Part shown: positions 46,479-55,144 of the stretch, one piece after another
Layout of the letters: every line of letters begins with the position of its first letter
Position numbering within the stretch: the first letter of the stretch is position 1
Assembly: GCA_964487045.1 (NCBI GenBank)
Contig: CAZAOT010000001.1
Location: 215,863-279,862, forward strand
DNA length: 64,000 nt
Source: an uncultured Candidatus Saccharibacteria bacterium
GTDB taxonomy: Bacteria; Patescibacteriota; UBA1384; DTJR01
Direction: 5' to 3'
The notes under the pieces: model-generated
Seen by the model: only the letters and a program-made list of their open reading frames with translations
Told to the model about the DNA's origin: nothing
The model's database searches: none
Position numbers and translations under genes: made by a program

Positions 46479-47531
46479 ATGAAAGCTGAAGTAACAAGGT
46501 ATGACGAAAAGCGTCAATCAGATAAAGATTTAGTCGTCAAAACAAAGAAAGAAAAAAAGAAATCAATTTTTGATAACAGGCTACTTATCACAAGTGGAGT
46601 AGTGATTTTGCTAATATTTTTCGCCTCGGTCAGTTATGTTAGTTTTCTCGGCAGACCGGTATCTAATAACCGCGAAGATTTTACCTATTTTGAAATTAAA
46701 AAAGGCGAGGGAAAGAGACAGGTCGCAGATAGCCTTAAAAAGCAGGGGCTTATTCGATCGTCATTATCATTTTCAATAAACGCGTATTTATCCAAGGAAG
46801 GCCTGCAAGCCGGACATTATAAAATCTCGTCTTCGATGAAACAGGAAGATATTTTGAAAAAATTTGCTACTGGTGATGTCGACGCATACACAATTACTAT
46901 TCCCGAAGGTTATCGCGTTTTGCAAATTGCCAAGAAGCTTTCGGAAGTTGGCGAGGTTGATGCAAATAAATTTTTAAATTCAGCTGGTGGTACTGAAGGG
47001 ACATTATTTCCCGATACATATGTCATCCCTTACGGACTTGAGGAGTCAAAAATTATTAAGATGTTTAAAGACAACTATGAGAAAAGAACTCAAGGGCTGA
47101 GGGTGACCGAGGAGCAGTTAGTTCTAGCTTCGATTGTTGAGCGAGAAGCGATCAAGGATGATGAAAGGGCAAAAATTGCTGCAGTTTATAAAAATAGAAC
47201 TGATCGAAATATGCTGCTTCAGGCAGATCCGACTATTCGCTACGGGATTGATACACAAACTTACTTAAAGCAGAAAAACCTTAATTTTGAATTTTGGCAG
47301 CCACTGACTAAGGCCGATATTAATAATTTAAATAGCCCATTTAATACTTACAAGCAAAAGGGTCTTCCGCCGGCGCCAATCTGCAATCCGGGGATGAAGA
47401 GTATTCAAGCGGCGCAAAGCCCAGAGCCAAGTTTTGATTATCTATTTTTCTTCCACGACAAAAATCAGGTTATACATTTTACTAAAACGTACGAAGAGCA
47501 CTTGAAGGCGATACAGCAGTTTGGGGTGTAG
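46479..47531 (+). CDS. mltG: Endolytic transglycosylase MltG
   Basis: TIPEG, EGTLFPDTY, LASIVERE, LQADPT, SPFNTY..GLPPAPICNPG. Confidence 0.95.
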   Translation: MKAEVTRYDEKRQSDKDLVVKTKKEKKKSIFDNRLLITSGVVILLIFFASVSYVSFLGRPVSNNREDFTYFEIKKGEGKRQVADSLKKQGLIRSSLSFSINAYLSKEGLQAGHYKISSSMKQEDILKKFATGDVDAYTITIPEGYRVLQIAKKLSEVGEVDANKFLNSAGGTEGTLFPDTYVIPYGLEESKIIKMFKDNYEKRTQGLRVTEEQLVLASIVEREAIKDDERAKIAAVYKNRTDRNMLLQADPTIRYGIDTQTYLKQKNLNFEFWQPLTKADINNLNSPFNTYKQKGLPPAPICNPGMKSIQAAQSPEPSFDYLFFFHDKNQVIHFTKTYEEHLKAIQQFGV

Positions 47532-47796
47532 GGCTAAGACGATGATATGAATTTCTCAAGGACGTAGTTCATACAATTCATTTGCGAGCTCCACTCTCGC
47601 AAACCTCCAGCGAGCGATACTACTCATTCTCGGCTTTTTGTCGCTTCGCGAACCGAGCCAAAAAGCCTGCGAAACGCCTTTCGAAATTATATTCATCGTC
47701 ATTCAAGGAGGAGGAAGGAAAGTTTGACTTATCGCTTGTGATTGATAAAATCAGCTCTGTAGCTCGGAGGGCTGATTTTTAAATTAAAGGACGGGT

Positions 47797-48837
47797 ATGT
47801 TCGATAGATTGTTTGGTTTATTTTCAGATGATATTGGTATAGACCTAGGTACGGCCAATAGTTTGGTTTATGTTAAAAACCGGGGAATTGTAATCAACGA
47901 GCCGTCGGTTGTAGCGATTAACCAACGAACCAAACAGGTTCTGGCGATTGGTGAGGATGCCAAGCGAATGGTTGGCAGAACTCCTTCCTATATAGTGGCT
48001 AGTAGACCGCTTCAAGATGGAGTGATTTCCGATTTTGAAATTACTGAGCAGATGCTCAAATATTTTATTGCCAAAAGTATCGAGCGAAAATTTAGCATTA
48101 GTCCGAAGCCTCGAGTTGTAGTCGGTGTGCCTTATGGGGTAACTGAAGTTGAGCGACGAGCTGTTGAGGAAGCAGCGATATCGGCGGGAGCCAGAGAGGT
48201 TTACCTTATAGAAGAGCCACTTGCTGCTGCGATTGGTGCGAGGCTTCCAGTACAGGAATCAACAGGATCGATGATTGTCGATATTGGCGGTGGCACGACT
48301 GAGGTCGCAGTTATCTCGCTTGGCGGAATTGTCACTAGCCGTTCGCTTAGAGTTGCCGGAGATGAGATGAATGATGATATTGTTGATTTCGCTAGAGATA
48401 ATTTTAATCTTTCGCTTGGGCTAAGAACTGCTGAAGAATTAAAGGTGGCGATTGGTTCGGCGGTTGAGCTTGGCGAAGATTTAACTGCACCGATGCGCGG
48501 TCGTGATTTGGTCACAGGACTTCCTAAGGAAATTATTATAAATGATGAAGTTATCAGAAAGGCTATCTCAAAATCAGTCAGAGCAATTGTTCAAAGTGTA
48601 AAAGCAACTATTGAAGAAGCTCCCCCTGAGTTGGTCGGAGATATTTTCGAGCGAGGAATAGTTCTCTCTGGCGGCGGCGCACTTCTTCGCGGATTAGATC
48701 GACTGATTGCCCAGGAAACGCAAACTACAGTTCATATTGCCGACGACCCATTAACTGCGGTCGTTAGAGGTACTGGCGTTGTAATTGAGGATTTGGAAAA
48801 CCTTCGTCCGGTTCTTCTTTCGAGCGCTTTGGATTAA
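47797..48837 (+). CDS. mreB: Rod shape-determining protein MreB
   Basis: IGIDLGTAN, EPSVVA, VDIGGGTTEVA, LSGGGALL. Confidence 0.97.
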   Translation: MFDRLFGLFSDDIGIDLGTANSLVYVKNRGIVINEPSVVAINQRTKQVLAIGEDAKRMVGRTPSYIVASRPLQDGVISDFEITEQMLKYFIAKSIERKFSISPKPRVVVGVPYGVTEVERRAVEEAAISAGAREVYLIEEPLAAAIGARLPVQESTGSMIVDIGGGTTEVAVISLGGIVTSRSLRVAGDEMNDDIVDFARDNFNLSLGLRTAEELKVAIGSAVELGEDLTAPMRGRDLVTGLPKEIIINDEVIRKAISKSVRAIVQSVKATIEEAPPELVGDIFERGIVLSGGGALLRGLDRLIAQETQTTVHIADDPLTAVVRGTGVVIEDLENLRPVLLSSALD

Positions 48838-49617
48838 ATGAAGAAAATAGTATATTTCTATCTTATTAGTGCGATTGTTTTATTAATTGTGCTATATCGC
48901 ATTTGGCCTCTCCCATTTCAAACATTTTCGAAAGCAGTTCTTTTGCCTTCGGCAAATGCTTTCGCCCAAGCTGGAAAGAAGGTTTACTCGCCAGTGAATT
49001 TAATTTTAAATCTTAATTCTCTAAATGAAACAAATAAAAGACTCGAGGAAGAGAATTTAAAATTAAGCGCTGAGCTTTCAAAGCTAAAAAGTGATTCTTA
49101 TGATGCAAAGCAACTTCTTGGGGAGATAACAAAGAGTAAGGCAGCCGGTAATATATTGATCGCTAAAGTAATCTCTAGAACTCCGGGGGGATTCAATCAA
49201 AAAATTATTATTAATAAGGGTGAGAGAGATGGTGTGGTTAAAGGTCAAACCGTTTTATCAAGTGGCTATTTTATTGGATTAGTAAGCCAAGTAGACAAGT
49301 CTCAGTCGGAGGTTGAGTTGATTTTTTCACATTCCCTTAGGGTACCGGTTAAGATGGAGAAGAATAGCGATGGCGGACTTTTGCAGGGCGGACTTGAAGG
49401 ACTGGTAGTGACGGATATTCCCATAAATTCCAAGATAGAATCATCTGATAATATTATCACTAGCGGGCTTGGTGGACAGATTCCTACTGGCCTTCTAGTC
49501 GGTCAGATTGGTCTTCACCTTGGTGTAGAGGGCGAGCTTTTTCAAAAAGTTAGAGTGACTTCACCGATCAATCCTTCGGCTATTGAATTTGTGAGCGTTT
49601 TGCAAAATGAATTATAA
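48838..49617 (+). CDS. mreC: Rod shape-determining protein MreC
   Basis: TM + coiled coil + INKG..DGV..G, ITSGLGG.IPTGL; operon position. Confidence 0.92.
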   Translation: MKKIVYFYLISAIVLLIVLYRIWPLPFQTFSKAVLLPSANAFAQAGKKVYSPVNLILNLNSLNETNKRLEEENLKLSAELSKLKSDSYDAKQLLGEITKSKAAGNILIAKVISRTPGGFNQKIIINKGERDGVVKGQTVLSSGYFIGLVSQVDKSQSEVELIFSHSLRVPVKMEKNSDGGLLQGGLEGLVVTDIPINSKIESSDNIITSGLGGQIPTGLLVGQIGLHLGVEGELFQKVRVTSPINPSAIEFVSVLQNEL

Positions 49618-50068
49618 AATATTATTACTCTCAGCCGGAGCTCTTCTAGCTGATTTAGTTTTGGGGATTTACATAAGAGGCGTTGCTCCCGCGATACTGG
49701 TCATCCTAGTTTTTTATCTAGCTTTAAAATTAGAGTATTGGGAAGTAATTCCGATTGCTCTTTTATGCGGATTTTTGTTTGATATCTCGCTTCTCGACGC
49801 GAGTATTTTCAACAGCATTTTTTTACTTGTAATCGCTTTGGCAGTAAAGTTTACTAGCTATAAGTTTATTGATTTCTCACTTCCTTCAATTCAAGTGATT
49901 TCGGTAATATTCTTGCTTTGCGCGAAAATGATAATATTTTATCTTTTATACGATCGTTCACTAAATTCAATTTTTGTTTTTCAAAGTTTGATATCGATTA
50001 CAATTATAGCTTTAGCGATCATTCTATATTTAACGTGGGTTAGGTTTTATGTCAGAGAAAAGAAATAA
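49607..50068 (+). CDS. mreD: Probable MreD
   Basis: Multi-TM protein with GFLFD between mreC and mrdA. Confidence 0.7.
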   Translation: MNYKILLLSAGALLADLVLGIYIRGVAPAILVILVFYLALKLEYWEVIPIALLCGFLFDISLLDASIFNSIFLLVIALAVKFTSYKFIDFSLPSIQVISVIFLLCAKMIIFYLLYDRSLNSIFVFQSLISITIIALAIILYLTWVRFYVREKK

Positions 50069-51920
50069 ATTTTATCCTCAAAAGCCAGTTGGCCAGGTGA
50101 GCGATCAGTTGGGTGAGCGAGAATTTTTTGATGAAGAGGCAGATATTTCCAAGAAAACGCCACGGCATCTAATTTGGCCATATTTGGTCGTAACGTTCAT
50201 TTTCTTTTTCCTTGCAACAAGATTATTCCAACTTCAAGTGAAAGAAGGTTTTGCTAATCTTGCCTTAGCAGAGGGTAACCGAATCAAAGAAATTCCTATT
50301 GCTGGAGCAAGAGGGCAAGTAATTGATAGTAAGGGACAAGTGTTAGCCACGAACTCTGCAAGTTACGATCTCATAACTAGAATTACGAAGGTGAAAGATC
50401 TTGAAAAAGTTGATCCTACTATTTTTGAAATAACTGGTCTTAGCAAGGATGCTATCAGTGAGCTGGTTAAAAAACATTCTACAATAAGTGGCTATACGAT
50501 CTTAAAAGAAAATCTGCCTCGTGATGAAGCACTTCTGATGAAATCACGCTTACCAGTATATGGCGAATTTGATATTACGCCGACATTTATTCGTGAATAT
50601 ACTGATCCAAGCTTGTCTCATATTTTGGGATATGTGGGAAAGGTAAATGATGATGAGCAGAAAAATAAACCAATCGCGGCAATAAATGGATCATCGGGAA
50701 AAGCCGGAATCGAAAAAGTTTATGATGATTATCTTCAGGGTGTGCCAGGAACGCATAAGGCAGAAGTAAATGTATCAAACCAACTTGTAAGATTTTTATC
50801 TAGCGATGATCCTCAGATTGGGCGAAGCGTGAAACTGACAATCAATGATGACTTGCAGAAGTTTGCCTTTGAAAAATTAAAAGCTAAGACCGATGAGCTT
50901 AAGACTCAGGGAGCTCTTGTCGCGATGAATCCGCAAAATGGCTCAATTTTAGCGCTAGTCAGTCTTCCGCTATACGATAATAAAAAGCTTTCGACAGGTA
51001 TATCGCAAAAGGAGCTTGATGATATTTTTAATAATCCTTCAAAACCATTTCTAAATAGAGTTATTTCGGGAGTATATCCATCTGGATCGTCAATTAAGCC
51101 TTTTATCGCAACGGCAGCACTCGAGGAAGGCGTGGTTAATGAAGATACTTCGTTTGAGACCCCTCCGTTTATCGAGGTGGGACAATGGAAGTTTCCGGAC
51201 TGGAAAGATCATGGTGTCACTGATATTAAGCGAGCAATTGCTGAGTCAAATAATATCTTCTTTTACTCAATTGGTGGCGGATGGGGACCAGTTAAAAAAG
51301 GTCTTGGACCAGACAGAATCAAAAAAGGACTCGAAAAATTTGGTTTTGGGGCGCTAAGTGGAATTGATTTACCTAGTGAGCAAAAAGGATTTTTGCCAAC
51401 ACCTGAGTGGAAAAAGAGAACTACCGGAGAATCCTGGTATATAGGCAACACTTACAATATGTCTATCGGTCAGGGTGACCTACTTGTCACCCCTCTTCAG
51501 ATTGCCGGCGCAACCAGTGTGGTTGCAAATGGTGGAAAACAATTTAGGCCATATCTAGTATCTGAAATCTTAGATGCAGATAAAAAAGTAGATGCAGCAA
51601 ATGTTGGTGAAAAACTAATCGCTAAAGATACAATGTCTGGTAACAACCTAAGAATAGTTCGCGACGGAATGCGTCAAACTGTTACGAGTGGTTCGGCAAG
51701 GTCTGTTTTTGGTGAAAATTTTCCAACACAGGTGTCTGCTAAAACTGGTACAGCGCAATTTGGTACAGAGGACAAGACCCATGGGTGGTTCACTTCTTTC
51801 GCCCCATCTGACAACCCCCAGATAGTTGTGACCGTCATTATCGAGGCGGGGGGAGAGGGCTATGAATCGGCTGCTCCAGTAGCCAAAGATGTGCTAGAGT
51901 GGTGGGCGAATAATAAATAG
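50049..51920 (+). CDS. mrdA: Penicillin-binding protein 2
   Basis: RGQVID, GSSIK (SxxK), SNN, KTGT. Confidence 0.94.
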   Translation: MSEKRNKFYPQKPVGQVSDQLGEREFFDEEADISKKTPRHLIWPYLVVTFIFFFLATRLFQLQVKEGFANLALAEGNRIKEIPIAGARGQVIDSKGQVLATNSASYDLITRITKVKDLEKVDPTIFEITGLSKDAISELVKKHSTISGYTILKENLPRDEALLMKSRLPVYGEFDITPTFIREYTDPSLSHILGYVGKVNDDEQKNKPIAAINGSSGKAGIEKVYDDYLQGVPGTHKAEVNVSNQLVRFLSSDDPQIGRSVKLTINDDLQKFAFEKLKAKTDELKTQGALVAMNPQNGSILALVSLPLYDNKKLSTGISQKELDDIFNNPSKPFLNRVISGVYPSGSSIKPFIATAALEEGVVNEDTSFETPPFIEVGQWKFPDWKDHGVTDIKRAIAESNNIFFYSIGGGWGPVKKGLGPDRIKKGLEKFGFGALSGIDLPSEQKGFLPTPEWKKRTTGESWYIGNTYNMSIGQGDLLVTPLQIAGATSVVANGGKQFRPYLVSEILDADKKVDAANVGEKLIAKDTMSGNNLRIVRDGMRQTVTSGSARSVFGENFPTQVSAKTGTAQFGTEDKTHGWFTSFAPSDNPQIVVTVIIEAGGEGYESAAPVAKDVLEWWANNK

Positions 51921-52026
51921 AATAATTTTACGAAAAAGTATTGATTTATATGTCAAAAGAGTGCTATAATTAGCCAAGTTGCCACTCGCCTCGTGCGAGT
52001 GGCCATTAATCTTAACGGGAGTAAAT

Positions 52027-52488
52027 ATGGCTGAAAAAGTAATAAAATTGACCAAATCAGGAGTAGAAAAACTGAAGGCCGAGCTTGATGATTTAAAAAA
52101 GGTTAAAAGACCGGCTGTTATCGATCGTATCAAGAGATCTAAGGACTATGGCGATCTATCAGAAAATGCTGAATACGAAGATGCTAGAAACGAGCAGTCC
52201 TTTATTGAGGGTAGAATTCAGGAGATCGAACACATGCTCAAGTATTCTGAAGTGATTGAAAGCAAAAAGGGTGGTGAAATTGGTATGGGTTCGGTCGTAA
52301 AGGTAGAGATGGATGGCGACAAAATGGAATATGAGATTGTCGGATCAACCGAAGCCGATCCTATTGCTGGAAAAATCTCGTCCGATTCCCCAATCGGTTC
52401 TGCCTTGAGTGGCTCAAAGGCCGGCGAAAAAGTTACTGCTAAGACACCAGGTGGAGAGATCGAAATCAAGATCATTTCCGTAGCGTAA
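52027..52488 (+). CDS. greA: Transcription elongation factor GreA
   Basis: GDLSENAEYEDAR, ISSDSPIGSAL. Confidence 0.97.
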   Translation: MAEKVIKLTKSGVEKLKAELDDLKKVKRPAVIDRIKRSKDYGDLSENAEYEDARNEQSFIEGRIQEIEHMLKYSEVIESKKGGEIGMGSVVKVEMDGDKMEYEIVGSTEADPIAGKISSDSPIGSALSGSKAGEKVTAKTPGGEIEIKIISVA

Positions 52489-52510
52489 TTTAGATTAAAA
52501 AGATTCTAAG

Positions 52511-52537
52511 AAAAAAGACCCGCGAGGGTCTTTTTTC
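52511..52537 (+). terminator. Intrinsic (probably bidirectional) terminator after greA
   Basis: AAAAAAGACCC-gcga-GGGTCTTTTTT. Confidence 0.85.
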
Positions 52538-52560
52538 GTTTTGGGAGCTAAAGATCGTAT

Positions 52561-52766
52561 GTAATGTTAACAACCCAGGGGACACTTTCGGTGCGTCCCC
52601 TAGGTTTTTAACGATTTCCTCACCCTCCTAACGCCCTTTGTGTAGCTCTTTTTGTTGAACCTTCTGGAATTCATCCTCGAACAAGTTTGTCGAGGTAATC
52701 AGTTCCAGCTTTCAACATCAAAGAGCATCTATTTTTTAAAGTCTCGAAGCCCGCTTCTTCGACTAT
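52561..52766 (-). repeat. Dispersed structured repeat, copy 5
   Basis: Reverse complement colinear with 37168-37372. Confidence 0.9.
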
Positions 52767-52868
52767 AAATCGACTTTTGATACGGGAGTATTGACATTTA
52801 CCGGGGAATGTGGTAATATACGCAAGCTCATGTATTTGAGCACATCCGACGTATACGGAGGCAAGCCC

Positions 52869-53210
52869 ATGGGATGGGAACACGGAACGTTCGGTCGTGG
52901 GGCGTACGACGCGTTTCTCGCTGACTTGAGAAACGATAAGTACAACGACTTCACCATCGTGAAGCTCGACAATCCCAACCAGCCTGAGTACAAGCGACTC
53001 TGCCGCGGACGCGACCTCGACTGCAAGAGGTCTCTCCCGCTGCGCATGGCTCGCTTCAATTACGCAGGCCGCCGCGACAACTGGTACGTCGTGGAGGAAG
53101 TTCTCGCGGTTGATGACAGGGATTGCGATGGCGCGTCCATCGTATCTCTGATTGTCTACCCCGAAGGCTGCCGCCCTGCAGTCAGCCCACCACTGATGCT
53201 GGAGGCCTGA
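52869..53210 (+). CDS. Hypothetical protein (GC-rich orphan cassette)
   Basis: TTGACA-17-TAATAT at 52791-52819; GGAGG SD before ATG 52869. Confidence 0.7.
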   Translation: MGWEHGTFGRGAYDAFLADLRNDKYNDFTIVKLDNPNQPEYKRLCRGRDLDCKRSLPLRMARFNYAGRRDNWYVVEEVLAVDDRDCDGASIVSLIVYPEGCRPAVSPPLMLEA

Positions 53211-53403
53211 CCACACGAGTCCTGAGCGGACTGTAAAATGCTCCGTCTCCGGCAGACGTTAAATGCTGGACTTCCCCGGAAACGGGGGTTCTAGGCATGG
53301 CTTGCCATGTCTACCACACCTGATCGTTTTGCTGTTTATTTGGGCGGCTAGTTCCGTCCACTATATGCGGGACCTGCGGCGATATTGCTGACGGGTCCTT
53401 TTT
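53211..53403 (+). ncRNA. Candidate structured RNA: two tandem H-type pseudoknots, tetraloop hairpins, terminator
   Basis: AGTC/GACT with GAGC/GCTC; CGTC/GACG with CCGGCA/TGCTGG; GAAA and CTTG tetraloop hairpins. Confidence 0.45.
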
Positions 53404-53466
53404 GTTATTACTTGATTGTAAAATACCCATTTTGAGATATAATCAAACCAGTAAAAAAGGAATTTT

Positions 53467-54768
53467 ATGCTTGATATAAATTTTATTAAAAAGAACCAGG
53501 ACAAAGTGGCCGGAGCGATTAAGGCCAAGGGTATTTCTCTTGATCTTGAAAAACTTTTACAAATTAGCGAAGAGCGTAATCAATTGATCCTAAAAATTGA
53601 CGAACTCAGGAGCAAGCAAAACGAATTTAATAAAACAATCGTCTCTCTCAAAGATGATGAAAAATCTGGCGCTATCGCACAGATGAAATCAGTCTCCGAC
53701 GAAATAAAAGATCTCGAAGAAAAAAGAGCTAAAGTAGAGCTCGAATACGAACTTTTGATGTATCTTGTTCCAAATATTCCTTCTAGTGATTCGCCTATTG
53801 GAGGTGAAGAAGCAAACGAGGTTGTCGACACTTGGGGCGAGGAAACAAAGTTTGATTTTGAACCCAAGAGTCATGTCGAGTTGGCAAGAGATCTCGACCT
53901 GGTCGATTTTGATAAAGGAGTCAAAACATCCGGATTCAGAGGATATTATCTTAAAAATGAAGCTGCGATTTTGCACGTAGCGGTTTTGTTTTATGCTTTG
54001 CAAAAAATGACAAAAGAAGGTTTTGTGCCGATGATTACTCCGACAATATTAAAATCTTTTGCGCTATTTGGCTCGGGACATTTTCCATTTGGTAAAGAAG
54101 ATATTTACGAACTGGCCAATACAGGCAAGGATGAAAATGGAGTGCAGATCGGTGAAAATTTATTTTTAGCTGGAACTAGCGAACCTTCACTTTTAGCTTA
54201 TCGCGCTGGTGATATTCTGGAAGAGTCTGAATTACCCCTAAGATATTGCGGCTTTTCGCAATGCTATCGCAACGAAGTAGGATCTTATGGCAAAGACACT
54301 AAGGGCTTATACCGCATTCATGAATTTATGAAAGTGGAGCAAGTCGTGATCTGCGAAGCTGATGAAAAGATTTCTGAAGAGTGGCTACAAAAAATGCGCG
54401 GTTATGCCCAGGACCTCTTAAGAGATCTTGGACTGCCTCACAGGGTTCTTGCGATCGCAACTGGAGACATGGGAGCGGGCAAGCGCAAGATGTATGATAT
54501 CGAAACCTATATGCCATCACGCAAGGGCTATGGCGAAACCCATTCCGACTCCGACCTAACTGATTGGCAGACGAGAAGGTTAAATATTAAATACAAGACA
54601 AAAGATGGTGAGAAGAAGTACGCTTATGCCTTAAATAACACAGTACTTGCCAGTCCGAGGATTTTGATTGCAATACTCGAAAATTTCCAAAATGCCGACG
54701 GATCGGTTACAATTCCTGAAGTATTAAGACCACTATGTGGTTTTGATACAATCTCACCAAAGAAGTAA
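53467..54768 (+). CDS. serS: Serine-tRNA ligase
   Basis: LAGTSE, CYRNEVGSYGKDTKGLYRIHEFMKVEQ, LNNTVLASPR. Confidence 0.97.
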   Translation: MLDINFIKKNQDKVAGAIKAKGISLDLEKLLQISEERNQLILKIDELRSKQNEFNKTIVSLKDDEKSGAIAQMKSVSDEIKDLEEKRAKVELEYELLMYLVPNIPSSDSPIGGEEANEVVDTWGEETKFDFEPKSHVELARDLDLVDFDKGVKTSGFRGYYLKNEAAILHVAVLFYALQKMTKEGFVPMITPTILKSFALFGSGHFPFGKEDIYELANTGKDENGVQIGENLFLAGTSEPSLLAYRAGDILEESELPLRYCGFSQCYRNEVGSYGKDTKGLYRIHEFMKVEQVVICEADEKISEEWLQKMRGYAQDLLRDLGLPHRVLAIATGDMGAGKRKMYDIETYMPSRKGYGETHSDSDLTDWQTRRLNIKYKTKDGEKKYAYALNNTVLASPRILIAILENFQNADGSVTIPEVLRPLCGFDTISPKK

Positions 54769-54781
54769 GCGGAGGTATTTT

Positions 54782-55144
54782 ATGGATCTAGTAATAAAAT
54801 CATTATCCGGGGTATTAGAAGACGAAGAAAAAAAAGTAATTAGAAAAAAATTACTTTGGTTTGATGAGCACTTGCCTAATAACTCAATAATGACTGTTGG
54901 AGTAAGACAAAAGATTACCAAAAAAAGCAATCAAGCTTATGAGGTTATTGTCCATTTGAATACGCCAAAAACAAGACGTGCAGTTTATGTCAAAATGGCT
55001 AAGGACAATTTGCCTGATGCTCTTGATCAAATAAGAGAGAAGATTGAAAGAATTGTATTAAAGAAAAAAGATAAGAAGCAAATGAAATTTAAAATTCCGC
55101 AACTGCGGTTCGGGAAGAAGAAGCTTGATGAAAAAAATTCTTGA
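54782..55144 (+). CDS. HPF/RaiA-like ribosome-associated protein (divergent)
   Basis: [19 protein letters not shown] resembles the HPF helix; hpf-secA synteny. Confidence 0.6.
   Translation: MDLVIKSLSGVLEDEEKKVIRKKLLWFDEHLPNNSIMTVGVRQKITKKSNQAYEVIVHLNTPKTRRAVYVKMAKDNLPDALDQIREKIERIVLKKKDKKQMKFKIPQLRFGKKKLDEKNS

Noticed and set aside
52011-52026. CTTAACGGGAGTAAA as a fifth TIR arm
   Set aside because: It mismatches the TCTAACGGG core, has no partner arm and is explained as the greA SD (compare GCGGGAGTAAAC at 33961)
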